Below, piece by piece: positions 1 through 12,295 of a stretch of DNA of 64,000 nucleotides. The notes beneath the pieces were generated by a model. The model was not told the origin of the DNA, ran no database searches, and saw nothing but the letters and a program-made list of their open reading frames with translations. Made by a program: the position numbers and the translations under genes. Numbering within the stretch: the first letter of the stretch is position 1; each line of letters opens with the position of its first letter. This DNA comes from Octopus vulgaris (lineage: Eukaryota): contig OX597814.1 in NCBI GenBank assembly GCA_951406725.2, positions 140,120,001 through 140,184,000 of the forward strand, in the 5' to 3' direction.

Positions 1-729
1 TTCTTTAGCCTATGTTGCTAGTGTTTCTCCTTTTCCTACCAACTGTCTCTAGCGCTTGACATTTCTATAGAGAACCCATTTCTTGTCACCAGTCATTATT
101 CAGTCCAAAAAAAGGTTCATTCGTGAGATGTGACAGCAAAGAAGAGCACACATTCACTCTCTGTGCACAATTAGACTCAGAAAATTTGTGAGAAACCCAT
201 TGACCCAATTTGCTGACTTTTCTGCTGACACGCAGATGTCAATGAATGACTGGATGACCAAATCCAAGCTTCTCTGCTAGTTCCTCAACAGTTACAATAG
301 GATTTTGTTCCACCAGAATTTGCAGGACATCCTCATTGAGCTCTACAGATCTTCTAGGATGAAGTTCGTTTTCTAGGCTGTAATTTCCAGCTCAGAATTT
401 TTGGAACAACCATCGACACTGGCTTACACTTATTGTCCGATCCCCATATACTGCATTAATATTGCTCACACTTTCTGCTGCATTGTTGCCTCTATTGAGC
501 TTATAAAGCAAAATATGCCGAAAATGCTCCTTTGTCACTTCCATTACAGCTTTGAAAAAATAACTGCTAAAATTGAACGGCATTCTTCAAAACTTGCACT
601 AAGAATAAGCACGAGGTAAAATTACTACCTGCTTCTATAGTAAGTTGATGCAGGTAGTTTATCCCATACCCCTCTGACTTTTAGTTCACACAGTTGAAAA
701 AAACCTGTATCATTTATGGGATGACCCAA
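1..729 (-). mobile_element. Mariner (Tc1/mariner, SETMAR/Hsmar-like) transposon, 5' part, degraded; cut off by the window edge
   Basis: Minus ORF 392-583 contains MEVTKEHFRHILLYKLNRGNNAAESVSNINAVYG..., a mariner HTH. Further downstream on minus are GQWVSHKFSE (WVPHEL motif, ~180-210) and IMTGDKKWVLY (TGDEKW motif, ~65-98). A TIR-like end TATTGGGTCATCCCATAAATGA (minus) finishes at TA 730-731. Confidence 0.85.
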
Positions 730-819
730 TACATACATACATGCATGCATGGTGAACTCTCTTGACAAAGGCAATAGATAAGCATTCAACATTTTACTGA
801 ACAACCCACACAAGTGATT

Positions 820-1008
820 GGTTTATAGTGATCAAATGTTCATGCTGTAGATTTTGCTCACTCGCTCCATCAAATCAACGTCATCTGAATAGGTGCAATG
901 TGTAGATCACAGAGCAACATGAGATGAAATGTTTTGCTTAAGAACATAATTCACCACCCAGTCTAGGAAATGAAATCACAATCTTTAAATCGCGAGTGCA
1001 CCCTCTTA
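820..1008 (-). mobile_element. Degraded tRNA-derived SINE fragment
   Basis: Resembles the SINE copies at 49690-49930 and 51655-51918 (agagcaacatgagatgaaatgttttgctta ... ccagtctaggaaatgaaatcacaatc). Confidence 0.5.
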
Positions 1009-1069
1009 TATGAGTGTGTGTGTGTGTGTAATGGAATAATTACTGTGAAGCATTGTGTAGAATATATTA

Positions 1070-1332
1070 TATAAAAGATCGTGGGTAAGGCCAAAACAAT
1101 GCAAAGTAAATGCAAGGTAAATCACAAGAAAACAAATATGTGAATTAATGTAGACTTACCTTGTATTCAATATTTCGGGGTTATGACCCCATTTTCAAGA
1201 AAATCATCAAGTTCTTGAAAATGGGGTCATAACCCCGAAATATTGAATTCAAGGTAAGTCTACATTAATTAACATATTTGTTTTCTTGTGATTTACTTTG
1301 CATTGTTTTGGCCTTACCCACCATCTTTTATA
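1070..1332. repeat. Long inverted repeat (fold-back): arms ~1070-1201 and 1212-1332, 10-nt loop
   Basis: Left arm ...gacttaccttgtattcaatatttcggggttatgaccccattttcaagaa mirrors right arm ttcttgaaaatggggtcataaccccgaaatattgaattcaaggtaagtc... There are a few mismatches, and the left arm has one 11-bp internal duplication. Confidence 0.95.
1211..1248 (+). ncRNA. Putative minimal type-I hammerhead ribozyme, U3-A8 core variant (mirror copy on minus ~1166-1201)
   Basis: gttc-TTGAAAA-t-GGGGT(cata)ACCCC-GAAA-ta-T-T-gaat: short stem I, core with the C3U/G8A covariation, 5-bp stem II, GAAA, palindromic ATAT stem III. Confidence 0.5.
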
Positions 1333-2058
1333 CATTATATATATGCATTTAACTAGCAATTTCTATACCAAATAGTTGCTTCATCAGTATTGGACTGGTG
1401 AGATGAAGAATTAATCAATTAATTAACAAATCATTTAAAATAAATCAAGCTCAGTAGTTGATAGCTCTGAGTTTGAAACCTGTTATTGTTAATTCAATTT
1501 CTCCTGTACCTGCTAAGATAACTGGGTTAAAGTTATCCATGTTAAAACTGTTTATCAATTTCATCTTTTTACCTTCTCTATCAGTTTGTCTCTTTTCAAA
1601 ATCTCTTGTCTCCTTTCAAAGGTTCTAGTCATTTAGGAATTATTAACTAGATATATATCAGTGAGTATTTATAAGACATCAAAATACCTGTATCATGATA
1701 TGTTTCAGGAATGCATTATTAGATCAGAATCATCTTGGTTTCACTTTCACTGGTGAATTATTTATTGCTAAACTCACTTTTCAATTCCTAACATCTGTTT
1801 AGTGATGGAAAAGTTGTTAACAACATAAGAATACTGCAAGATGGTATCAGGTGACATAGTTGTGATTTTTTTAAAGATATTAAAACTTCCTTGTTTGAAT
1901 GCTGCTGAAAGCAACTTAGTGAAAATAGTAGTTTGTTTTGCAAAATTCCATTTTTTTTTTTTTTGTCTTTTTAAACAAATCTTTTCTATGTTTGTATTTC
2001 TAACAGAATACACCATTAATGTTAATTTTTGAAATAATCAAAAGTTTTGAGAGAATTT

Positions 2059-2269
2059 CACCTTTTAGCATTCAGACTGGCCATATCCGGCCAAAATATT
2101 CTACCTGTTTTATGTTCAAACTGACCAGATCTGACCTTTGCCATCTAACCTTAAAATAAACAAGCACATCATCAAAATCTCAAAGCTTAGAGATAATGAA
2201 TGATTGATTCAAAACAATGTGAATAAATAAGCCTTAAATTAGACAGTAATCTGAATACTAAAGGTTTAA
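2059..2269. mobile_element. piggyBac-like (TTAA-CCCT) MITE, degraded
   Basis: ccttttagcattcaga ... tctgaatactaaaggtttaa termini. Same family as 12089-12295, 25534-26357, 45862-46146 and 53507-53707. Confidence 0.65.
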
Positions 2270-2549
2270 TAAAATAACTTCTCCATTATTAACTCCTTAA
2301 TTTCCTGTATGACATGAATCTTCCCGACAGCATATGTGTCTTTCAGTTTTGTACTCATGTTTATATTCATTTTAAAATATGTTATAAACTCTCTAATTTA
2401 AGTGTGAAAACTTTAATCTCTTCCACTCTTATTTATTTACATTCTGTAATGTTTTCTATTAAAATCAAGGCACATAATGCTTAATTTTTGCAGTTTATTT
2501 TTCTGTGTTTATTTTGTGCAAACCTGGTTATGCTATGTTTAAAGGGAGT

Positions 2550-2820
2550 AATAATGGGAAACTACCATCTCTTGTGAAAGGTAGGAGAGTCCAGTTTGCT
2601 GGACATTGTTGTAGAGCTGAAAAAGAGGTAATTTCTACTCTTCTCCTCTGGAAGCCATCTACTCGCAATACCAGAGGGTGCACACTCTCCTACCCTGATG
2701 TAATCTCCAGGGATACAGGCATCCAGCAACAGGACCTCCGTAATGCCATGATGGACCGTGAAGTCTGGCATAGCATGATAAATTCCATTGTCTCGACCAC
2801 AGTCGAACAATGATGATAAA
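2550..2820 (+). mobile_element. 3' end of an RTE-like LINE (5'-truncated)
   Basis: Encodes RRVQFAGHCCRAEKE...LLLWKPS...SYPDVISRDTG...AMMDREVW, a typical RTE ORF C-terminus, followed by a (TGA)n tail. Confidence 0.75.
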
Positions 2821-3225
2821 TAATGAAAAAGGTGCAAAAAGGACATGGGAATTTTTTTTTAAGCCTGTGATGTTTGTGTATTCAAGACTGTTATTAATTA
2901 CATTTAATTCATTAGTAACTTGTTTCTTTTCTCTTTTTATAGTACATCTATTATTAATTATTATTATTTAATTCACAAACATACATGCAAAACATTATTT
3001 TTAACACAAAGAAAGACATTAGTCTGTTGTGCAAAACGACCAATTTTCCCAATAACCTGAGTAGGGTTATGACATTATGACATTTAACCAAAAATGTCCA
3101 TTTTTAGGTATTTTCTGTCCACTCTTTACTAGATTGAGCTTTTGATTTTGAAAATTTTCAGCAGAATGTTAAAAATTAAGTTGGTGCTTGGAGAATAACT
3201 TAGCAAAATATTCTTACACATAATA

Positions 3226-3387
3226 GGTGCAGGAGTGGCTGTGTGGTAAGTAGCTTGCTTACTAACCACATGGTTCCAGGTTCAGTCCCACTGCATGGCA
3301 CCTTGGGCAAGTGTCTTATACTATAGCCTCAGGCCGACCAAAGCCTTGTGAGTGGATTTGGTAGACGGAAACTGAAAGAAGTTCGTC

Positions 3388-3437
<50 letters not shown>

Positions 3438-3608
3438 GTATATGCTTGTGTGTGAGTGTGTTTGTCTTCGATGCTGGTGTGTTTACGTCCCCATCACTTA
3501 GCGGTTCAGCAAGAGAGACTGATAGAATAAATACTAGGCTTACAAAGAATAAGTCGTGGGGTCGACTTGCTTGACTAAAGGTGGTGACTGAAACAAGTAA
3601 AAGAATAA
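3226..3608 (+). mobile_element. Full-length tRNA-derived SINE with internal (TA)n/(TG)n
   Basis: A box TGGCTGTGTGG, B box GGTTCAGTCCC, core CACCTTGGGCAAGTG, tail GACTGAAACAAGTAAAAGAATAA. Several copies occur in the window. Confidence 0.85.
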
Positions 3609-3862
3609 TTATAATAGAATATTTAAATTTAAATAAAAACGCATTAAAATGGTTTTGTTTCATAAAACTAAGGGGTTTTTTCAGCTAGGTCACACTCTTC
3701 CTCTTTCTATAGGCATGAAAAATTATTATAAAATGACACTTTCTCTTTTATATATTTCATTAGTAAAACATATGATATTTAATTATCACTTTCATTTTAT
3801 AAATCATAAAATTTCAAAAATTCTATATATTCCTTATGTTATTTTTGTTTTACTATCTGCAG

Positions 3863-3928
3863 GTAACGTAAAGAAATTTTACCACTATGCCAAAGAAACG
3901 CCAAGGCAAGGTAACAAACAAGGAAGCT
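3863..3928 (+). CDS. Candidate start-codon exon (isoform a) of the SLC4 anion exchanger; CDS 3887-3928, MPKKRQGKVTNKEA
   Basis: Polypyrimidine tract plus tctgcag acceptor at 3862, ATG at 3887, and a GTAAGT donor at 3929 in phase 0, which matches the phase-0 acceptor at 40470. Confidence 0.55.
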
Positions 3929-4629
3929 GTAAGTGTTCTAAACTGTGCTTTTTTTTTTCATTTTATGTATTTTTGTTGTTCTAGTTTCATGTTAAATGGA
4001 AATAGATTGTTGTATTGTAAGAAATTAATATTTTCAACTGCTACTTCATTACAATTTGATAATTCTTTTTCTTTTTATAAAGTTGTTATGAAAGGATTTT
4101 AATATTACTATGTATGCATGTGTGTATATGTATATATATATAATATTTTTAATTGCACAAGAATGTGTGTATATCTGGGTCTTTATACATGTGTGCATGT
4201 ATATGGATGTATATATTGTACCGCAAATTTAAGAACTTCATTTGCCTGCCGAACTTATATCTGTCCATCAAATAAATATATGACAATTTTATTTATGAAC
4301 CTCCAATTTATACTCAAATGTTGCTTTTAGCCATTTTTAACTTTCTCACATTCTGATTTTTAAAAGTAAAGAAATTATGTTTAATTAGATTTCTGTGAAA
4401 TTGTTCTAAAATGTTAGAAAAACACTTGAAAAGAATTGTATAGCATCTTATTCAAGTCACAGAGTTTACTGGCTCTGCTGTACATTCCATTATAAAAGAT
4501 AAAGAACAAGTGTTGGCATCAAGGTCTAAGAATTAATTTCTTTTATTTTAGTGATTTACAGCAATTGAAATTTGATGTGTAAATGCCTCATAGGCAAGTC
4601 TTGATCTGATCCCTATTGTGTGATTTTGT

Positions 4630-4727
4630 GAGTTGTGAAAATTAATAAGAGAGTTGTGAAAATTAATAAGAGAGTTGTGAAAATTAATAAGAGAGTTGTG
4701 AAAATTAATAAGAGAGTTGTGAAAATT
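4630..4727. repeat. 21-bp minisatellite, ~4.7 copies
   Basis: Unit gagttgtgaaaattaataaga; this explains the NFHNSLI repeats in ORF 4548-4757. Confidence 0.95.
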
Positions 4728-5849
4728 CTCTCTTGTCAAGTACTCCTTATATAACATAGTTCTTCATAAAATGTAGTTTCTATAATTTAAAGTTGTTAGG
4801 AGTTTAATGATGTGACCAGGACAAGTAAGTGTGATGGGGCAGGGTGCTTACAGACTATCATATACATATTTGTAAGATGGTAGAAATGTTTGTTTTCCTT
4901 TTAGAGAAAAAGGAGTTGTCCTTCAAGAGTCTCCACAGATAAGGTACTCTGATTGTTAAATGTGTATTGGGTTTGGTTAATGTGATGGTAATTACACCAT
5001 TAGGAACCTTTTGTTGTCTATAGTATTTACTACTAGGGGCATGTAGATGTTATGTTGCTTGGGCTCCAGATATGAGTACATGGATTTAATACCTAAAAGT
5101 TACTAATATGTTGTAATAAAGCTAGTGCTTTTATATTTCTGCTACAGCAAGTTCTGATCATATTTTGTTGGCATTGTAAGGGCCAGTCTTGTAAGAAACA
5201 TCATGTTAGATCTGTAACATTCTTAGGCATCATGTTGATAACTTGTGTTTCATGGCTGATAAGGTGTAGCATTGAAGCAGTGCAGGGCAAATTGATAATC
5301 TGACATATCTCTTCAGCTCCTATGAAAATTTTGTTGGACCATATAGATCCTTCATTCCTGAGGATTCAAGGTGAATTTTCAGCTGGTTGAAAAATAATTG
5401 AAAATATTGTAATGCATACTAGGAGTCATTATTATTATTTATTAGTTTGGTATGAAATGTTCTGAGACTGTCTTCTTCAGGTGTGCAATAACACAAAATG
5501 CTCTAAGATTGTCTTCTTCAAGTGTGTAATAACGCACCTGAAAATAGAATGTGTGAGTTTTCTCACAAGGCAGAACTTGTTTTGGCTATCCTCTGCTACA
5601 GATAATGTGTTGCTACCATTAAAAACTATGAAAATTGTATGTCACAAGTGGGTGAAATTTCTGACAACATAAATAGGTCTTTACTTTCAGCAGTTTAGTG
5701 GTCTATATCTCCACCTATTCTGTTAAAACCTTAGTTATTCTGTCAAGTAGCTTGAACTTCTTTCCATGTAGATGGAGATATTGTATTTTCTTCAGTGTGT
5801 CTAGAGTACATAAGTGTACTATCCTAGTTCTTTGTACAATGGTCCCATT

Positions 5850-6680
5850 TGTTGTTCCAATTTCATAACAGTAATTCCCATAGTGGAGAACTGGGACATT
5901 CTAAGTATATGGAACCCTCTCACAATCATCTTTCTAGAAGCAGTAAGTTTATATTTGTATGATTTATATTCAGGCAGCTGAAGTATTTAATGTATCCAAT
6001 CCCTTTTCAGTATTATTTCTGCATGAACTCATCATCATATTGTGCCTGCAAGGTATTTACCTCTCTGGTGTCTAGATTATATCCCAATCATAATCCTATA
6101 TCTGAAGAAACATTTGCCTTAACCATGATGATACATTAGAATTTTTCTTGGCTTTGTATTTCAGTACGTTTTGGTCCATTTCAATTCCTATGTAATCTAT
6201 GTGGATATAAGAAGCAAATAAATAAGTTGTAGAGTATTTTATGCCCAATGTTTGAATATCTGGTCTCAATATCAGCCAGAACTTGAAAAATCTACTAGTA
6301 CTTTGTCTTCAATAAAGATATCATCAGTGCTATGAAAGGAAGTATCTAGCTGTATTATACGTTTTATATTACAGACATAGAATTGTTGCAATGATTAGTT
6401 TGATTTGATTTTCTTGAATGCTTCCTGACACTCAGTATACGAACGAAATTCTGTTTTCTTTGTTTAGGTTTTAATGGGATTGTGAGTGCCATCAGTTACA
6501 GGTTAATTTGACTTAGCTGATAATCCTGAGAAATGTCTGTGGATGTTTTTATGGGGTGGGTACCCTGTAGTTAAATCCAGCTTTTTAGAACTCAGACAGT
6601 AACAGAATAACAATAACTGGCAATACATTGTTGTATAAAACCTATCTCTCTATACATCAGGAAATATACCTTCATCAGAG
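5850..6680 (-). mobile_element. Possible highly degraded Penelope-like retroelement remnant
   Basis: Minus strand gives FHSTDDIFI (~6311-6337, decayed YxDD-like motif), RVPYT*NVP (~5892-5918), and a truncated CTGATGAAGGTATAT motif at 6664-6678. Confidence 0.3.
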
Positions 6681-8984
6681 GACATGTACATATATATCTA
6701 GGTTTCAGCATTACACGTGTTTCCTTGTTTATGTGGAAATAAAAATTTAAAAGAGCAACCATATTTTAAATATGTCTTTGCAACACTGCAGAAATATAGT
6801 CAAATATGGTAAGTCTATCATATCAGTGTATAGTTTCTCTATGACAATCTATATGGACTGTTTTTCCATCATAGTAGATAATGAGTGTCCTGGGATAAAG
6901 AGAGTCTAACAAAATATGTTCTAACATAAAATCAAGATAAAGCCCAAAGGGTGGTGTGATGTAAAACATTGTTATCTTTTCTCCAGCATCTGCAAACAAA
7001 CTACATCCAAATGTTAAACTATCAAACTATCAAACATGGCCGCCTGGCTAGCTAGGCCAACAAAGGTCTCCTGTTTTTGCTTTTGTTTGAAATCAATCTG
7101 CCCTAGAGACATCTCTCTAGTTTCACTGAAAATTGAAAAAAAAAGAAAAGAATGTAACAGAAATTACCTACTTATTGTCTTTCAAGATAGATGAATGCTA
7201 GCTTAATGTGTTCCAATGCTGTATGTCTGTGAGCTTGTGTGTGAGAGAGAGAGAGAGATATCACTTTGTTAAAAACATTAATATTAGATGATGTGTGTAT
7301 AAAGTCTATTTGGTTAAATCAGTCATTGTTTGACTGATAGCTGATGTTAAAGAAGTGAAAGTGTCTAGGGACTTCCCTGGTTTAATGATTGATAAACAAA
7401 AATAATAGCAAGAGACTTCATAGCGAAATCTCATTCACATTACTAACAAGCTTCGTAGTATTTGATTTGATTTCAGTTTATGTTCAGATGTTTCCAGTCT
7501 TAGTCTTTGTATTGTATTTTTTTGTTTACTTGCTCTTAGATTATAAACCAGAATTTATTTCTTTTCAGAGAGAAATGTTAACGTACACAGGCACATATTT
7601 ATAGTGTGGACATTTTATCTTGTATATCATATATTGTTATAGCTAAAATTAATATTCCTCTTTTTTTTTTTTTTTTTGCTGATCATTTATTTTTAGAAAG
7701 ATCACCTTCATTGTATTTGTAGTTGGAACTTGTCCAATTCCCATAAGAAAAGAAAGAACGAAATAATTTTCATTACCTTACTTTCACCACAAGATGTATC
7801 AGTGTTATTGAAAGCATTGATCTTTTCAACTGGAGACTCAAAATAGCATTTGGTAGAAACACCTGATTAATTAAGAATATGCTTTGAATAGATAACTTCC
7901 CCTATCACCAACCTAATTCTCTAATCATTCCTGCTTCTTTTGTCAGGCCTTAAATTTCATTTAGTACTTTATTCGTGTGTAGAACTATTTCAATAGGAGT
8001 CAACTGGTTGATGTTAAAGAAATATTATTCATCTGTACAATTCCCATACTCTTTACCCAAATAGTATGGGAAGATTTAGATAAAGAGATTTGTCCTTGTG
8101 TCTTTTGAAAGGACCGCATTCCATTTTTCTATATGCAGCTCTTTATAAAAATTGCTAAAAATTCATTAGCAATTTTAATTTTATCATGAAACAAATTTAG
8201 TGCAGGACCATGGCAGTGAGAGGTTTTATTTTTATATTCTATTTACTCTACAGACATAGAAACATTTTTTTCTCTCATAATTGCTTAGAAATTGTACTGT
8301 GTATGATATTATTTAGGGTAGTGGAAAATAGCACAAAAATTTATCTTTAAAATATTTTAGAAATTTTAGTTTCCTTCTTGACCTAATCTTAGATAATTTT
8401 TTATCCTGGTGAAAACATAATATTAAACACACTAAGCTACAAAGTATGATGGAGTGACTAATTTCAATGACATCAGTCCTTATAATGATGCTCTTTAATA
8501 TAGGGCATGACAATGTTTCAGTTACTATTCTCTGCAGCTGCCTTCAGAGAGTGACTCTGAACTGGTCATGGAATTGAGCCTGAAACCTTTATTTGCCTAC
8601 TGAATATGTTGTTTCTACTGATCTGCTGTCCTGTCCTAGGATGCAGTATTGTTATTTGAGATACTTAAGCATTAGCCCTGTTTTATCAGATTTAAACTAA
8701 ATGGTAATTGCCTGTACTTGCATGTCAACCTTTATGACGAGGAAAACCATCCAAAGACAAACATTAGCATAAACAACTCATTTTAATAATGTCATGTGGT
8801 TATTCACTGTGCTAGAAATAACAGCTATATCTTGTTAACACTACACCTCCATTTTGAAATCAGGGCACTAAATAATATAATCCTAGATTACCCTAAAAAA
8901 AGACAGACAAGTTCTAGAAAGAATGCTTTCCATCATAGTTCTTCTACTCAGTAAGAGCTGATCACCAACAATTTATCACTCTTT

Positions 8985-9170
8985 TTCTTCATTATCATTT
9001 AACCTCCATATTCCGTGTTGGCATGGGTTGGATGGTTTAATAGGATCCAGTAGGTCCAAGAATTGCTTCATGCTCCGGTGTCTGCTTTGGCATGGTTTCT
9101 ACAGCTGGATACCCTTCCTAACGTCAACCACTTTACAGTGTGTCCTGGACATGTTTTTACATGCTACCTA
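8985..9170 (-). mobile_element. RTE-related SINE/LINE 3' end of the (GAT)n-tail family
   Basis: gcatgggttggatgg ... ctacagctggatacccttcctaacgtcaacc, shared with 20262-20437, 27258-27392, 28765-29045, 53838-54150 and 62090-62405. Confidence 0.7.
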
Positions 9171-10004
9171 AATTCATCTGGAAAAATATGTACAGACAAT
9201 ATATATTGATCAGTATATATTTAATATAGCAAAAGGATAAGGAGACAAAAACTAATGCTTAAGAACCTTAAACTGCAAAAACTATTGGCCCCTTACAAAA
9301 ATGCTTGTGATTAGAACAGCAGACCAAGTAGTTCAATAAAAGTTGCAGTTTTAATTCCTGGTCTTCGAAACTAAAGGCAATGGAAGAACGTCTACAATAT
9401 GAACATTAAACTGTGTTTGTATATTAGACTTTGTTAGTATTTGTACATTGGGTAAGAGTTTGCATTTGTACTATTTTTGTCATTGTTCAACTCCCAGTCA
9501 GCTCTGATTGAGCAGACCTACAGCCTATAGCATTCCTACTGTGACTATGCTGTCTTTTAGGAGTGTCCAAGAATTACATTATCCAAAGTGTCTTTTCCTT
9601 TCTTGAGATGACTGCATATGGTTTAAGGGAGATTTAACTGCTGTTTCCAGTAAATCAACCAACTGCTTAGATTGATTAATGTAGAATTGAATTGTATTTT
9701 TATAGTACAGCTTTGATTTTAGGATTCCAAAATTCTGTTGCTGTGTAAATGTTGAGTATTTGATAGTGTTTAGTTTTGAGTGTAAGCTCAAAGTTATATA
9801 TAATTAATAAGGTTTATGACTTTTCAAATATTGACTGCAGCTTACCTTCATTTTATTACATGCTCTATTTCATAAAGGGAACATATTTATTTTTCTTTCT
9901 TTTTTTGGATTTTGAGTATTGGCTGAATTGTTGGCTACATTTTTATTGGAATTTTTACCATTTTTTACACTATCTTCAATAGGCCATACTTCCTAGCTAT
10001 TGTA

Positions 10005-10387
10005 TCTCTTATGTTTCTCTTGTTTCAATCGTTGGACTGCAGCCATGATGAAACACCACCTTGAAGGGTTTTTGGTCAAATAGATTAATCCTTGTACTTA
10101 TTTTATTTTTTTTTGTGGTTAGATATTTATTCTATTGGTCTCTTTGCCAAACTACTAAGTTATGAGGGACACAAACCAACTCAAGTTATCAAGTGATGGA
10201 GTGGGGTGACAAAGACACATGCACACTGTACATGAAAGGCTTCAACACTGTTTCCATCTCCCAAATTCACTCATAAGGCATTGGTCTGCCTGACCTATAC
10301 TAGAAGACACTTGCCCAAGGTGCCATGAAGTTGGATTGAACCTGAAACCATGTGGTTGCCAAGTGGCCTTAACCATACAGTCATGCT
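10005..10387 (-). mobile_element. tRNA-derived SINE (same family as 3226-3608)
   Basis: Reverse-complement core gacacttgcccaaggtgcc, B box attgaacctg, tail tgtttcaatcgttggactgcagcc. Confidence 0.8.
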
Positions 10388-10671
10388 TTTTCTTTTTTGT
10401 TCTAAGTTTTAGAGAACAAAGAACGCAAATAAAAGTTTTTCATTTCCTGGCTTTCCCATTTACAGACTTGTATTCAAGCATTCTTGTATGTTTAGTAACT
10501 AGTTGAACAGGATATGATTGTTAAGTAAGGTAAAACTGTGACCAACAGTAGCTGAAGAAGTTTACACAAGGTCAACTGATTGTGTAGTTATTGTTTAGCT
10601 CCAAGCCAGTCCTGATTATGCAAATCTAAAATCTTTGTTCCTGCCATGATATGTCTACGTTTATCTTTTAT

Positions 10672-11038
10672 CTTCTTCTTTTACTTGTTTCAGTCATTGG
10701 ACTGCAGTCATGTTAGGTCACTGCCTTGATGGGTTTTAGTTGAGCAAAGTGCTTTTGTTAAAGTCTGGCACTTATTCTATCAGTCCTTTTATTGACCCAC
10801 TAAGTTACAGGGACATAAACAAACCAACACCGATTGTCAATCGGTGGGAGTAGGGGACAAGCACAAACACAAAGGTGTGTGCAACTGGAACACGGTTTCC
10901 ATTGACCAAATTTACTCACAGGGTATTTGTCAATTTGGTGCTATGATAGAAGACACTCAGCCAAGATGCTGCCCAGTGGAATTGTACCTGAAATCATGTG
11001 GTTGCAAAATGAGCTTCTTAACCACACAGCCATACCTG
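10672..11038 (-). mobile_element. tRNA-derived SINE (same family as 3226-3608)
   Basis: ttacttgtttcagtcattggactgcag tail ... cttaaccacacagccatacctg head. Confidence 0.8.
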
Positions 11039-12088
11039 GACCTGTTTCTTATCTTTCTTTTGTTTTTTAAAGACAATTGAATTAAGGTGGGTTCAATTCC
11101 TGTACTGAGCATTGTATTATACCCTTGAGCAAGGCACTTCATTTCCTGTTGCTCCAGTCTACTCAGCTGTTATGAGTCCCAGCTGGGTGTTAGAGCAAAC
11201 TTCTCTTCCTCTGGCCGTCACATCTTGGCAGAGAGGAGAGAATTTCTGTGTTTGTTTGCCACTACATAGTTACCTAAAACAATTAACAAAAGCATGGGAT
11301 ATATTACCAAGCCATATTAATTCATGAGTGACATTTGGCTGTACTTCCATAAGTTATAGTCCAAGGGAGATTCAGCTGCTATTTTTTATTGGGCAGAACA
11401 ACCATATAGAGGCTCTCTCATTAGTTCTAACGTTTCTATTGATTTATTGTTTAACTTCCTTGTATTTCAAGTCACTGATTTCCATTGTAATTTTGATATA
11501 TTATTTCTTTTAAGTTTATTTAATGACAATAACATTTAACGTTTTTAGTATTTTCCCACCGTCTATATAAATTTGTCTTTTTTTCATTTTATGACCCATT
11601 AGTAAATTTGGCATTGGTTCTTGTGTTAGCTATATTGAATTCAATGAAAAATAAATTCTTTCTTTGGTTATGTTACTTGTTTCTATGTATTTAATCAGTT
11701 TCTTTTAACCTAGCTCATGTTTGGGGTATTAAAACAGTGTAATGGTTTATTTGTTTGGCAACAAAACAGTAAATATTTTCTCTGTATTATTTATAAACAC
11801 AGAAGAAAAAACAAAAATACATCTTAAGTGCATATTATTTAGCTAAATAGCCTCTGTCTTTTTTATTGTTACTATAATGAATTCTTTCCCTTAGAGCTGG
11901 CTGGTTTCATATATCTTCCACTCAGGTACCCCTGAGCCACTCATCTCTGCACCTCTCATCACCTTTGTTGCAGCCACTCCACCGATTCCTGTGCTAACCA
12001 CTATTTCCAGTCCTTCCTCCTCAGAACATTGTCCCTCTGGAATCTGCTCCCTTTTCATATCTTTTCTGTAGGTGTTGACCTATAACAG

Positions 12089-12295
12089 TTTAACTCATTA
12101 GCATTTAATTTGGCCATACCTGGCCTAAAATTTTATTTGTTTTATGTTCACACCTGCCAGATCTGCCTCTTACACCTGCCTTACAATCACGTTATCCAAA
12201 TCTCAAAGCTATAAGTTAATTGCATGATTAATTCAAAATGATGTGAGTAAATAAGCATTACATTTGACACGGTAATCTAAATGCTAAAGGGTTAA
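12089..12295. mobile_element. piggyBac-like MITE
   Basis: ttaactcattagcatt ... aatgctaaagggttaa, with TTAA at both ends. Confidence 0.7.

Noticed and set aside
4548-4757. ORF with NFHNSLI repeats, or a CRISPR-like array
   Set aside because: Head-to-tail 21-bp minisatellite with no spacers; eukaryotic context and no cas genes.
6640-6685. Minus-strand CTGATGAAGGTATAT resembling the Penelope hammerhead start
   Set aside because: Truncated, with no GAAA or stem I' half; kept only as weak support for a degraded PLE.
7030-7060. AACATGGCCGCC YY1-like motif and small GC-rich hairpin as a promoter
   Set aside because: A single short motif with no other support.
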